NCBI GenBank assembly: GCA_963699165.1
Contig: OY969413.1
Location: forward strand, 788,562 to 852,561
From: Candidatus Kaiserbacteria bacterium
GTDB lineage: Bacteria > Patescibacteriota > Minisyncoccia > Phycocordibacterales > Phycocordibacteraceae
Reading direction: 5' to 3'
Length of the DNA stretch: 64,000 nucleotides
The notes below the pieces were generated by a model, which saw only the letters and a program-made list of their open reading frames with translations, did not search any database and was not told the DNA's origin. Below, piece by piece: positions 38,433 to 48,115 of the stretch. The position numbers and the translations under genes are program-made. Every line of letters begins with the position of its first letter. Positions within the stretch are counted from its first letter, which is position 1.

Positions 38433-39530
38433 ATGGCCTTTGTTTTCAGTGAGCGACTTCGAACCGCGTTTGCGCCACCGCGCTATCTTGCGCTTCCTCT
38501 TTCCGGAATTGATATTTCAAACAGCGGAGTCAAAGTGGTCCGTCTGGCGCAGAGTCCGCACGGGCTCATTCTCGAGAGCTTTTCCACGACGCTTTTGCCG
38601 GCCGGCGCATATGCCGATGGTGAAATCGTCGACCGTGCGGCCGTTGTGAACGCGATTGCAGCAACCGCGAAAACCGTCGGCGTTTCGCTTGCAAACGCGG
38701 CTCTGCCGGAATCGAAATCCTATTTGTTTGAAACGATTGCGGAAGGCGCGAGAAAGACGGAGTGGCGCACGGCGGTCGAACAGCACATCGACGAGCTTAT
38801 TCCGCTTCCGCCGCAGGAAACGGCATTCGATATCATTCCTATCGGTCGCGCGGAAAACGGAGGAGAACTCATCGCGGGCGTCGGGTTTGCCCGTCGAGTC
38901 GTGGACGAAACGCTCGCAACGTTCGATCAAGCGGGCATCCGCGCCCGCTCGCTCGAAGGAGAAACATTCGCGATGACGCGAGCGCTTTTGCCTAAAGGCG
39001 ATTCTTCGACCGCGCTTATCGTCGATATCGGCAAAACGACAACGAAACTCGTCATCGTTGCGAACCGCATCCCGCGTTTTGCCGCCACCATAGGCATCGG
39101 GGGACATGCGTTTACGCTTGCCGTGCAGAAATTTTTCGGCGTGACGGAAGCCGAGGCGCGCCGCGTGAAAGCGGAGCATGGCATCGTACCCGCGCCCGGG
39201 AACGAAGATTATCTTGCCGCAATGCTTTCGACGACTTCCGCGATTCGAGACGAGATTGCCACGCGGCTAGCGTATTGGCAGGACAAAGCGGCGCAAAAAG
39301 GCGCGCACGAACCCGTGTCGCACGCGATTCTTGCGGGCGGCAACGCCTCCGTGCGCGGTCTGCCGGAATATTTGGAAGCGGCGCTGAAGATTCCCGTCGC
39401 TACCGGCGACGTCTTCACCAATCTCGCGTCGCATGATTTTTGGATTCCGCCGGTCGATTACACCGAATCGCTCGCGTTTGCGACCTCCATAGGCCTTGCA
39501 CTTCGCGACGACGTTGAACCCAATGACTGA
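38433..39530 (+). CDS. pilM: Type IV pilus assembly protein PilM
   Basis: GIDIS, IVDIGKTTT, ILAGGNA, SIGLALR. Confidence 0.88.
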   Translation: MAFVFSERLRTAFAPPRYLALPLSGIDISNSGVKVVRLAQSPHGLILESFSTTLLPAGAYADGEIVDRAAVVNAIAATAKTVGVSLANAALPESKSYLFETIAEGARKTEWRTAVEQHIDELIPLPPQETAFDIIPIGRAENGGELIAGVGFARRVVDETLATFDQAGIRARSLEGETFAMTRALLPKGDSSTALIVDIGKTTTKLVIVANRIPRFAATIGIGGHAFTLAVQKFFGVTEAEARRVKAEHGIVPAPGNEDYLAAMLSTTSAIRDEIATRLAYWQDKAAQKGAHEPVSHAILAGGNASVRGLPEYLEAALKIPVATGDVFTNLASHDFWIPPVDYTESLAFATSIGLALRDDVEPND

Positions 39531-40077
39531 AGAATTCACCAATTTGCTTCCGATTGAACGCAGAAATGCGCTGTCCCGCGACTACGTTCTACGCCTCTGC
39601 ACGGTTGCCGTCTGGTTTCTCACCGCGCTCACGCTTGCGGCAATGGTATTGCTTTTGCCGACCTACACGCTGCTTGCAGAAAATGCGAGCACGCAGCAGG
39701 CGCACCTTGCAAGCATCGAGGCCGCAATGTCGTCGGGCGACGAGTCCTCGCTCGCCGCGCGCGTTTCCGCGTTGAATGCAAATGCGGCGGCGCTCTCCGC
39801 GCTCGCAAACGCTCCGTCCGCGAGCGCAACGCTTCGGTCGGTGCTCGGCGTCGCTCATGCGGGCGTTTCGCTCAACGAACTTTCCTATACGCCGGCGAAG
39901 GGCAAAGGCGCGGGAACCGTTGCAATTTCCGGAACTGCCGCGACGCGCGACGCGCTTCGTGCATATCAGCTCGCGCTTTCGGGTGCTTCGTTTGCGCACG
40001 CGGTCGATTTGCCGGTGTCGGCTTATGCGCAGGATACCGCTATTCCGTTTACGATTACCGTAACGCTCACGCCATGA
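39523..40077 (+). CDS. PilN-like protein
   Basis: NLLP motif, TM, ISGTA; follows pilM. Confidence 0.75.
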   Translation: MTEEFTNLLPIERRNALSRDYVLRLCTVAVWFLTALTLAAMVLLLPTYTLLAENASTQQAHLASIEAAMSSGDESSLAARVSALNANAAALSALANAPSASATLRSVLGVAHAGVSLNELSYTPAKGKGAGTVAISGTAATRDALRAYQLALSGASFAHAVDLPVSAYAQDTAIPFTITVTLTP

Positions 40078-40607
40078 AATCGCCGCTCGTACATTTGATA
40101 ATTGCAATAGCGATATGCGCGGCCGCACTCGGGGCATACGGGTGGTGGTATGCGGACATCTCGGCGAAAAGTGCCGTCGTCGCCGATTTGGAAACTCAGA
40201 TTGCGGAGAAAAGCGGCGACATGAATCAATTGACCGCTACGCGTTCGGCGCTCGGAGAAATTACGGACGACGAAGCATTGGTGCAGGGATACTTTGTGTC
40301 CGGCAGCAGCGTCGTGAACTTTATCGAAAATATAGAAGCGTTGGGAAGCGCGCAGAGTGCAACGGTCAACGTTCTTTCGGTTTCGGCCGGCGGTTCCGCG
40401 GCGCGTCCCACACTCGCGTTCAGTATTTCCGTCAAAGGAACATTCGACGCGGTAATGCGAACGGTCGGCGCAATTGAATATGCTCCGTATGCCATTTCGA
40501 TGTCATCGCTCTCCGTCGGAGAAGACGGGAAAGACAGTTGGCACGCCGACCTTTCTCTCATCGTCGGGTCGCTTCCGGCGAAGACGACCGCAACAAGCAC
40601 GCCATGA
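40074..40607 (+). CDS. PilO-like protein
   Basis: N-terminal TM, coiled coil, VKGTFDAVMRTVGAIE; third gene of the operon. Confidence 0.7.
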   Translation: MKSPLVHLIIAIAICAAALGAYGWWYADISAKSAVVADLETQIAEKSGDMNQLTATRSALGEITDDEALVQGYFVSGSSVVNFIENIEALGSAQSATVNVLSVSAGGSAARPTLAFSISVKGTFDAVMRTVGAIEYAPYAISMSSLSVGEDGKDSWHADLSLIVGSLPAKTTATSTP

Positions 40608-40912
40608 AAATTCCTAATTCCATCGCAACATTTTTCAAACGACTTCGCGGCGGCACGCAGCAGGATCCGGCGCGGGACTGGCTCATTTTGATTGGCGTCT
40701 CGCTGGTCGTGTTTGCGGGCGTCATCGTGTGGAATGTGTGGGCGTTTACCATCGTCTCGCAAGGGGGCACCATCGGTTCCTCTCCGGTTCCGGCATCGTC
40801 GGCATTCAATCGTTCGTCGCTGGAAAGTATCCAAGGCGTTTTCTCGGCGCGTGCAACCGAAGAACAAAAATATGTCACGGGCGTATACCGGTACGTCGAC
40901 CCTTCGCAATAA
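40604..40912 (+). CDS. Small membrane protein closing the pilMNO operon
   Basis: PARDW + TM, C-terminal VDPS; ATGA coupling. Confidence 0.7.
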   Translation: MKIPNSIATFFKRLRGGTQQDPARDWLILIGVSLVVFAGVIVWNVWAFTIVSQGGTIGSSPVPASSAFNRSSLESIQGVFSARATEEQKYVTGVYRYVDPSQ

Positions 40913-41026
40913 GCTCGGTTTGCGCTAGGGTATGGGAGTGTTTTGCCCACCGAACTTCTCGGATTCGATACGGTGGGCTCGTTCGGGAGGCAAGAATCCG
41001 AGTGCGGTTTCTTGTGCCCTCGCTTC

Positions 41027-41101
41027 GCCCCTGTAGTTAAACGGATATAACTGCGGACTTCTAAGCCGCTATTCGAGGTTCGACTCCTCGCGGGGGCACC
41101 A
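41027..41101 (+). tRNA. tRNA-Arg(UCU)
   Basis: GCCCCTG/CGGGGGC-ACCA, loop CT-TCT-AA, GGTTCGACTCC. Confidence 0.92.
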
Positions 41102-41345
41102 AATGAGAAAACGCCATCGGCAGTTTTCTCATTTGGTGCCCCCGAGCACGCCCGGGAAGCGTGCGTCGAGGAATCGAAGACCTTGCGAGCATTTTTCTGG
41201 AGCAGCGCGAACAGAAAAATCCGCCTACTCCAAGGGTCATTCTGCCGAATGACCCAGTAGGTCATTTTGCTAAATGAGGTATGCTGAAAGTGCGATTCAG
41301 CAGAATCGCACTACCGGGTAAGTTTCGATTCCTCGCCGCCGGACG
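41102..41345 (+). repeat. tRNA-tailing repeat after tRNA-Arg(UCU)
   Basis: Antisense copy of the tRNA 3' end at 41134-41178 split by a hairpin, then a direct T-arm copy at 41324-41335. Confidence 0.75.
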
Positions 41346-41365
41346 ATTGGTTGATTTTTTCGTGC

Positions 41366-41447
41366 GGGCATGTGGCGGAATTGGTATACGCGTACGTCTC
41401 AGAAGCGTATGTCGCAAGACTTGGGAGTTCGAGTCTCCCCATGCCCA
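41366..41447 (+). tRNA. tRNA-Leu(CAG)
   Basis: GGGCATG/CATGCCC-A, TACGT-CTCAGAA-GCGTA. Confidence 0.95.
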
Positions 41448-41613
41448 CAGCGAACGAAGAGAGCGAGAACATGGAGCACCCTGTCTGCACAGGGTGCGTG
41501 GAGACTCGAATGGCGGAGCCATGTCCGAACGAGAGTGAGGACAGCGAGCCGGGGTCGCGCGCACTTGACGCAAAGCGGCCAAGTGACGCGTGACCGAGCC
41601 CCCATGCCTACAG
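41448..41613 (+). repeat. tRNA-tailing repeat after tRNA-Leu(CAG)
   Basis: Antisense CATGG[hairpin]GGAGACTCGAA (41470-41510), core GCGAGCCGGGGTCGCG (41544-41559), direct copy CCCCATGCCTACAG of the tRNA end. Confidence 0.75.
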
Positions 41614-41677
41614 AAGTTGCAACAAAACTGGCGAACACGGTCTCACAATTATGATATTGTGCACGGTACGCTCGTCG

Positions 41678-41750
41678 GGGCGCTTAGCTCAGTTGGTAGA
41701 GCAACCCGTTTACACCGGGTAGGTCAGAGGTTCGAGTCCTCTAGCGCCCA
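41678..41750 (+). tRNA. tRNA-Val(UAC)
   Basis: GGGCGCT/AGCGCCC-A, ACCCG-TTTACAC-CGGGT. Confidence 0.95.
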
Positions 41751-41788
41751 CTTGAAACTAAACTTGTCCAGTATACGTTTTATTAACT

Positions 41789-42499
41789 ATGAATGAACGC
41801 AACGACGGCGTGTCGGATGTTTCGCGCGCGACTTCGGTCGGCATCATTATGGACGGCAATCGCCGCTGGGCGAAGGCGCGCGGCGCGCAGACATTTGAAG
41901 GCCATGCGGCGGGGCTTTCAAAAGCGAAGGAAATCGTCCGCCACGCGTTTTCCCGCGGCGTGAAGGCGGTGACGCTGTACGCATTTTCGACGGAGAATTG
42001 GAAGCGTTCGACACAAGAGGTCGGCTATCTCATGGATTTGTTCGGCTCGGCGATGGTGCGCGAATTCGAAGATATCGCGCGCGAGGGCGTGCATGTTCGT
42101 TTTATCGGAGACCTTTCGCGGGTGCCGGAGAATCTGCGCGCGGCTGCGGCGAAGCTTGAAGAAAAATCCGCAAAAACCGCTTCCGGAAAAACGCTCGGCA
42201 TCGCTCTTTCATACGGCGGTCGCGCGGAAATCCTCGCCGCGATGCGGCGGCTGTTTTCGGCGGGGAAGAATGATGTCGCCGAGGAGGATGTTAATGCCGC
42301 GCTTTGGAGCGCCGGTATGCGGGACCCGGACATTATCATTCGCACCGGCGGCGAAAAGCGGCTTTCCGGTTTTCTTACGTGGCAATCGATTTACAGCGAA
42401 CTTTTCTTTTCGGACTCGTTTTGGCCGGCATTTACGAAGGAAGAATTCGATTCCATTCTTGCAGATTTTGCGCTTCGCGAGCGCCGCCTCGGCACGTAA
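41789..42499 (+). CDS. uppS: Undecaprenyl diphosphate synthase
   Basis: IMDGNRRWA, YAFSTENWKR, RTGGEKRLSGFL. Confidence 0.96.
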   Translation: MNERNDGVSDVSRATSVGIIMDGNRRWAKARGAQTFEGHAAGLSKAKEIVRHAFSRGVKAVTLYAFSTENWKRSTQEVGYLMDLFGSAMVREFEDIAREGVHVRFIGDLSRVPENLRAAAAKLEEKSAKTASGKTLGIALSYGGRAEILAAMRRLFSAGKNDVAEEDVNAALWSAGMRDPDIIIRTGGEKRLSGFLTWQSIYSELFFSDSFWPAFTKEEFDSILADFALRERRLGT

Positions 42500-42515
42500 A
42501 TGATAGAGTGGGGCA

Positions 42516-43214
42516 ATGGAGCTTCCCATTCTCTACGAAGATGCGGATATCGTCGCGGTTGCAAAACCGGCCGGCGTTTTGACGCATTCGGATGGACGCT
42601 CGAAGGCGGAAACCGCCGAGGATTGGTTCGATGAACGATATCCGCACGAAGCAACCGAACCGCCGCAAGTCGGGTACGTGCATCGCCTCGACCGCGATAC
42701 CTCCGGCGTGCTGGTCTTCGCAAAGAATCCAACTGTGTATGCGTTTTTGCGCAAAGCATTTCACGACCGCGACGTGCATAAAACCTATCTCGCATTCGTG
42801 CATGGCGTTCCGAAAGAAAAAACGGGAGTGATTGATTTTGACATCGGGCGTTCGCGAAGAGATTTTCGCCTACGAAGCGCGCAGCCGAAAGCCAAAGGAC
42901 GGCTGCGCGAATCCCTCACGCGCTACGAAGTGGTAGGGGAGACCGCCGGCTTTGCGCTTCTCAAAGTGAGCCCCGAAACGGGCAGGACGCATCAGATTCG
43001 CGTGCATTTAAAGGCGATTCATCATCCGATTGTCGGCGATTCGCTGTATGCGCCAAAGCACCCCGCTGCGCTCGGCATTACCCGTCTCGGATTGCATGCA
43101 TACCGAGTCGAAATTCCGCTTCCGGCCGGCCGGCGGGTGACGATTGTCGCGCCCGTGCCGAAAGACCTCGCTCCCGCGTTCTCGGCCTTTCCGCAGGTAA
43201 AGGCGGGGTATTAA
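42516..43214 (+). CDS. RluA/RluD family pseudouridine synthase; last codons supplied by IS1595
   Basis: KPAG, HRLDRDTSG, TGRTHQIRVH, GDSLY. Confidence 0.93.
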   Translation: MELPILYEDADIVAVAKPAGVLTHSDGRSKAETAEDWFDERYPHEATEPPQVGYVHRLDRDTSGVLVFAKNPTVYAFLRKAFHDRDVHKTYLAFVHGVPKEKTGVIDFDIGRSRRDFRLRSAQPKAKGRLRESLTRYEVVGETAGFALLKVSPETGRTHQIRVHLKAIHHPIVGDSLYAPKHPAALGITRLGLHAYRVEIPLPAGRRVTIVAPVPKDLAPAFSAFPQVKAGY

Positions 43215-44049
43215 GAACGAGTTGGCACAAGCGTTAATGATTTTAATAAGTAAGTGCGCGGATTTCCGAACAATTCCGGTGAGGAAAATCTGAAGCAGAA
43301 TTCCCTCACGTATTGCTCGAGGTTCTCGCTCCAGTGATGATGATACATCCTCCGCACAAAGGTGCGGTATACGCCGAACACGCCTTCGATTTCGGAGGTA
43401 TGTTCGAACTCGAATTTTGAATGAATGTCTCTGCTGTGGGAGACCGGCCATCGCTTGCCGACACCCCGGTATATCGAACCGCCATCGGTCCACAACTCGC
43501 TCCCCGGCTTCACTTTGGCAAAGAGAAAGTCCATCACGTCCGTCTTGTTCGGGAAGCGATTGTGCATGACGGTATAGGCAAGCTTTCTCGTTCCTTTCTG
43601 CTTGGCCATCACGAGAGCTGCGTTCTTGAAATATGCCTCGTCCATCTGCACGATACGCTCGAGAATATGCTCTTCTTGGGGCAAATGCTCACGAAAGGTG
43701 GCATACCAGCGGCGTATCGTTCGTTCAGGCAAATGCGTGAGCTCCATGGCCTGCAAGACGGGTTCTCGTATCGTCCAGCACCAGAGGAGCATCCACCACG
43801 TCTGGAGCGGAAGCTTGAGGTTTGAGAGCCAGGTATGCGAGAGGAGCGAGAACCTTCGGCGGCAGGCAACACACCGGTACCGGTCTTCGTACCGCACAAT
43901 CCTGCGCGAGCGGCAGAGCGGGCAAAACACATTCTTTCCGAACAACGTTCGCCGCAAAAACTTTCTAATCTGCACTTCAGACGGAATTTGTTTGAGCGTG
44001 TACATAGCTTCCATGATACGGGAGCTGTGCCAACAGAGTCTGAATACCC
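43206..44049 (-). mobile_element. IS1595-family element (844 bp)
   Basis: IRs GGGTATTAAGAACGAGTTGGCACA / GGGTATTCAGACTCTGTTGGCACA; 8-bp target duplication TAAAGGCG at 43198-43205 and 44050-44057. Confidence 0.93.
43211..44014 (-). CDS. IS1595-family transposase
   Basis: CPLC..CVAC zinc finger, QMDEAY, WTDG..Y, EIEGVF, YVREFCFRF. Confidence 0.92.
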   Translation of the reverse strand: MEAMYTLKQIPSEVQIRKFLRRTLFGKNVFCPLCRSRRIVRYEDRYRCVACRRRFSLLSHTWLSNLKLPLQTWWMLLWCWTIREPVLQAMELTHLPERTIRRWYATFREHLPQEEHILERIVQMDEAYFKNAALVMAKQKGTRKLAYTVMHNRFPNKTDVMDFLFAKVKPGSELWTDGGSIYRGVGKRWPVSHSRDIHSKFEFEHTSEIEGVFGVYRTFVRRMYHHHWSENLEQYVREFCFRFSSPELFGNPRTYLLKSLTLVPTRS

Positions 44050-44099
44050 TAAAGGCGGAATTTGCTCTCTGATACGGCGCGTGCTACAGTGCGCGGGAT

Positions 44100-44570
44100 A
44101 TGCGTAAAGTCATAACCTCGGTAAATACGGAAGGACGCGCGAAGCTCGGCATTCGCACGGGCGATACCGTGCGCGTCGTCCAAAACATCGTCGAGCTCAA
44201 AAAGGGCCGCGGCACCGACAAAAAGGAGAAGACGCTCAAAAATGTCCGCAAGCAGACATTCGAGGGCCTTGTCCTTTCGGTAAAGCACGGCACCGAAGCG
44301 GGCGCGATGTTCACCGTTCGCACCACGCTCTCCGGCGTCGGCGTCGAAAAGACCTTCCCGCTCTACTCTCCCGCCATCGACTCCATCGAAATCGTGAAGC
44401 GTTCAAAGGTGCGCCGCGCAAAGCTCTACTTTATCCGCGAGAAGGCGGCAAAGGCGGTCCGCCGCCAGCTTCGAAACGCGCGCATGATGAATGTGAAGAG
44501 CGACGAAGTCGTTGCTCCCGCGGAGGCGGAAGCCATTGCGGAGGAGAAAGCGGAGGAAGTTGTAGTATAG
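44100..44570 (+). CDS. rplS: 50S ribosomal protein L19
   Basis: GDTVRV, QTFEG, GVEKTFPLYSP, VRRAKLYFIR. Confidence 0.96.
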   Translation: MRKVITSVNTEGRAKLGIRTGDTVRVVQNIVELKKGRGTDKKEKTLKNVRKQTFEGLVLSVKHGTEAGAMFTVRTTLSGVGVEKTFPLYSPAIDSIEIVKRSKVRRAKLYFIREKAAKAVRRQLRNARMMNVKSDEVVAPAEAEAIAEEKAEEVVV

Positions 44571-44580
44571 TGATTCGGTT

Positions 44581-44664
44581 GCCCAGGTGGCGAAATTGGT
44601 AGACGCACTACCTTGAGGTGGTAGCTCTCGCAAGGGATTGGAGGTTCGAGTCCTCTCCTGGGCA
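44581..44664 (+). tRNA. tRNA-Leu(GAG)
   Basis: GCCCAGG/CCTGGGC-A, CTACC-TTGAGGT-GGTAG. Confidence 0.95.
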
Positions 44665-44743
44665 CAACAGTCAGAGACCGTGTTTGCGACCGTTTGGCTC
44701 TAGAAGACAGGTAAAAATGGTTCGGTACCTTTCGGGGTGTTTG

Positions 44744-44779
44744 ACGCAAAACCTCGCGATTTTCATCGCGAGGTTTTGC
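44744..44779. terminator. Hairpin between tRNA-Leu and recombinase
   Basis: GCAAAACCTCGCGAT-tttc-ATCGCGAGGTTTTGC. Confidence 0.7.
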
Positions 44780-44789
44780 TTTGGGCGCT

Positions 44790-45843
44790 CTAATTTTCGA
44801 TAGCCACCTTCCGGTCTTTCAGGATGATCCTTCCCTTGAGATGCCCGAGTAGTTCCCGCTGTTCCGATGGTGTCCCGTTCTCAAGAAGATACTTTGCGTA
44901 CTTCCGTATATCCATTTCGTCTGCCTTCACCTTCTCACTTTTGTCCTGCATGGCCGCCCGGAGCTTGTTGTACCGGGATACCTCTCTTTCGATGAGATGC
45001 CGAGCCCCAATCTCGTCGATGCTGATGCTCTCTAACAGTACGAGTAGTTGCTCGATGAGCCGATCCTCTCGGATATAGGGATTCTTGCAGGCACGATCCT
45101 TGGACTTGGAACAGGAGTAGTAGGTGTAGAAGTGAAAGCCGCCGCCCGCCGCGTCCTTCTGCTTCTCTTGGGACGTGATGCCGCTCCCGCATATCCCACA
45201 GACCATGAGCTTGGTGAAGGTCGTATCGTGCGTCTTTTGCTTGGGGCGGCTCTCCTCAGCAAGTTTCTCCTGCACCGCCTGGAATAGGTCGCGCGTGATG
45301 AGTGGGGTGTGCTTGCCGGTATACCAGTTGCCACTCCCTCGGGGATACTCGAAGACCCCGCAGTATAGCGGGTTCCGCAGAAGGTTATAGATATTGCTCA
45401 AGCTCATGGTCTTATTCGTGCGCGAGAGGAAGTGTAGGTCGCTCTTGAGCCAGTGATATATCTTCCTTCCGCTCCACCTTTCGTTCCCGACCTTCTCGAA
45501 CATTTGCTTCATCACTCCCGAGCGCACAGAGTCTATGAGCATCTCGCACTTGTGGTCTGAGCGTTTGTCATTTAGGTAGCCGCACGGTGCCAAGCCCGGC
45601 CAGAGTCCCATCTCCGCTCTGGCCTTGAGCCCGCGCTTCACGTTGATGCGCTTGTTGTCGTTCTCGAGCTTCGCTTGGCTCCCTAATATCATGAGAAGGA
45701 ACTTTTCGTTCGGGTTATTGCCGAAACGTTGGCCATAGGTGCGGATGTCTTTCAAGAGCCCCTGATCCATAAGGTCGACGATGCGGCCGAGGTCACCTGC
45801 ATTTCTGCTGATGCGATCCGGTGCCCATGTCAGGATGCCGTTG
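44790..45843 (-). pseudogene. Large serine recombinase, 5' catalytic part deleted at IS3 copy 2
   Basis: Paralog of 33208-34539 (shared [21 protein letters not shown]); frame open to [19 protein letters not shown] at the IS edge; YARKS motif not found on the far side. Confidence 0.88.
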
Positions 45844-47002
45844 TGACCTGACCCCCAAATTTCAGACCATGTTCTAGACGGGATTAACCGCTAGAATGAC
45901 GTCATATGAAGCAATACCGCATCGCTCCTGAGGTGAAGGAACAAATCATTAATCGAATCAAGAACGATGGTGTCACTGTCGCCCAAGCGGCCAAAGAGCA
46001 TGGTATCCACGAGACCACCATCTATGGCTGGCTTGGTGCGAAAGTGCAAGACGGTACCGCATCTGTTCTTGAGATTGCGAGACTTCGAAAAGAGAATGAC
46101 GAACTCCTTCGTCTTGTTGGACTCATGACGCTCAAGCTGTCTGAAACCCAAAAAAAGAAGTGAGCAAAGAATCTCCGATTGGTACGCGCACAACAGCGCG
46201 TACTCTTGGTATAGCTCGTTCCACCTTCTGGTATCAAAAGAAGAAGCCTGACAAAGACTGGGCACTCAAATGCCGTATTGAAGAAGTCCTTCGAGAGTTT
46301 CCTTCGTATGGATACCGGAGAGTTGCCCTGTATCTCAAGGAGAACAAAAAGAAGGTTCAAAGAGTCATGCGACTCTTTGGTATCAAAGCATATCGAAGAA
46401 GAGGAAGACGGTGGAGGAAATCAAGGAAACAAGCCGTGGAGTATCCAAATCTCCTGATGCGGATTGTACCCGCCTATCCGCATCAAGCATGGGTCGCTGA
46501 TTTCACTCATGTGTATTTCAAAGGGAAAGACATTCGTGTGGCAACCACCATGGACGTATACACTCGAAGTGTCGTTGGGCTCGCCATTGGTACGCGAGGT
46601 GGAACCGTACTTGTGACGCAGGCATTGTGCGCGGCACTTCTCAACCATCCTCGTCCCACCATCTTTCACAGCGACAACGGAGTGGAATACAATGCCGCAT
46701 CCTTCCGAGAGATGCTCATCAATTTCGGCATCAGCATCTCTCGCTCAAAAAAGGGCTGTCCGTGGGAGAACGGGTACCAAGAATCGTTCTATGGAAAATT
46801 CAAAACTGATCTGGGCGATCCCAATCGCTTCGATACGCTTGGTGAACTTGTTGCTGAAATCTATCAGACAATTCACCGGTACAACACCGTGCGTATACAC
46901 TCAACACTCAAGATGGCACCGAGAGAGTTTGCGAAATCGCACATCACCCGTACACTATCTTCACTCGTCTAGGAAGTGGTCTGAAGAATAGGGGTCGGTA
47001 CA
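45844..47002 (+). mobile_element. IS3-family element, copy 2 (OrfA 45906-46163, OrfB 46160-46972)
   Basis: Same sequence, ends and ORFs as 24534-25692; no target duplication. Confidence 0.95.
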
Positions 47003-47030
47003 ATACGGAAACTGTTCTCGGGTCCACGCC

Positions 47031-48110
47031 TGCATAAGTTCAGATACATTTGGCAGTCCTCATAACCGAGGATATATGCGCATCAGAAGCAATTTCAGGG
47101 GTACGAAGGGCTGGTTGAGCATGTGGGAAAGGACGATACGATTGCGGCATATGCGGAAACCAAAGGAAGTCGACAGACGGGTGAAGATATTGGGATTCTG
47201 GGACATGCACGGGACGGAGGCCACATACGACGCCTTTGGCACCTCGGAGCGCACCTTGTATCGCTGGAAGGAGGAACTCAAAGCCCACGAGGGCCGCATT
47301 GATGCACTTGACCCGAAGAGCACTGCGCCGAAGGCGCGTCGAAGGAGGACTGTTCTGCCCGAGGTCGAGGATTTCATCATCCGCGAACGACAGGCGCATC
47401 CCCGGCTTGGGAAAGCAAAGCTTGCCGTTCTCCTGCGCGAAGAAGGGTACTCCGTGTCGGAGTCATACGTTGGGCGGGTCATTCTGGATTTGAAGAACCG
47501 CGGTCTGCTCCCGCAGCAGAGCCGGCTCTCGTTCCACGCACGTACGGGCAATCACACGGAAACACCGCAGAAACGCCGTACCAAGCTTCGCCGCACCGGC
47601 AAGCGCGGCATGGAGCTCGATACCGTCGTCCGCTTCATCGACGGCGTGAAGCGGTACGTCCTCACGGCAGTGGACGTGGAGCGGAAGTTCGCCTTTGCGG
47701 GCGCGTATACGAACCACTCGTCGAGAAGCGCGGACGACTTCCTTCGCCGAGTCATCGAGGTTTGCCCCTTCGATATCGACGAGTTGCAGACCGACAACGG
47801 GAGCGAGTTCGCCAAACACTTCGAGGATGCCTGTGCCGAACTCGGGCTCACGCACTTTCACACCCGCCCCCGCACTCCCAAGATGAATGCCCACGTCGAA
47901 CGATTCAATCGCACCGTCTCCGAGGACTTCATCATGCTGAATCGGGGCCTGCTGCGGGACGATATTCATTCCTTCAATCTGAAGCTTGTCGACTGGCTGA
48001 TCTGGTACAACACCAAACGCCCGCACCAGTCGCTCGGCATGGTGTCCCCCTTGCGGTATATTGTGTGTACATTAACCGTCGGGGACTGCCAAAAGTACTG
48101 GACGCGTACA
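47031..48110 (+). mobile_element. IS481-family element type A, copy A (1080 bp; transposase from 47076)
   Basis: IRs TGCATAAGTTCAGATACATTTGGCAGTCC / TGTACGCGTCCAGTACTTTTGGCAGTCC; ELDT, QTDNGSEF, NAHVERFNRT; flanks ACGCC / TCGCC. Confidence 0.93.
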
Positions 48111-48115
48111 TCGCC

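Noticed and set aside
24534-47002. Composite transposon bounded by the two direct IS3 copies
   Set aside because: Outer flanks are not a duplication and the interval contains core genes (rplS, uppS, several tRNAs)
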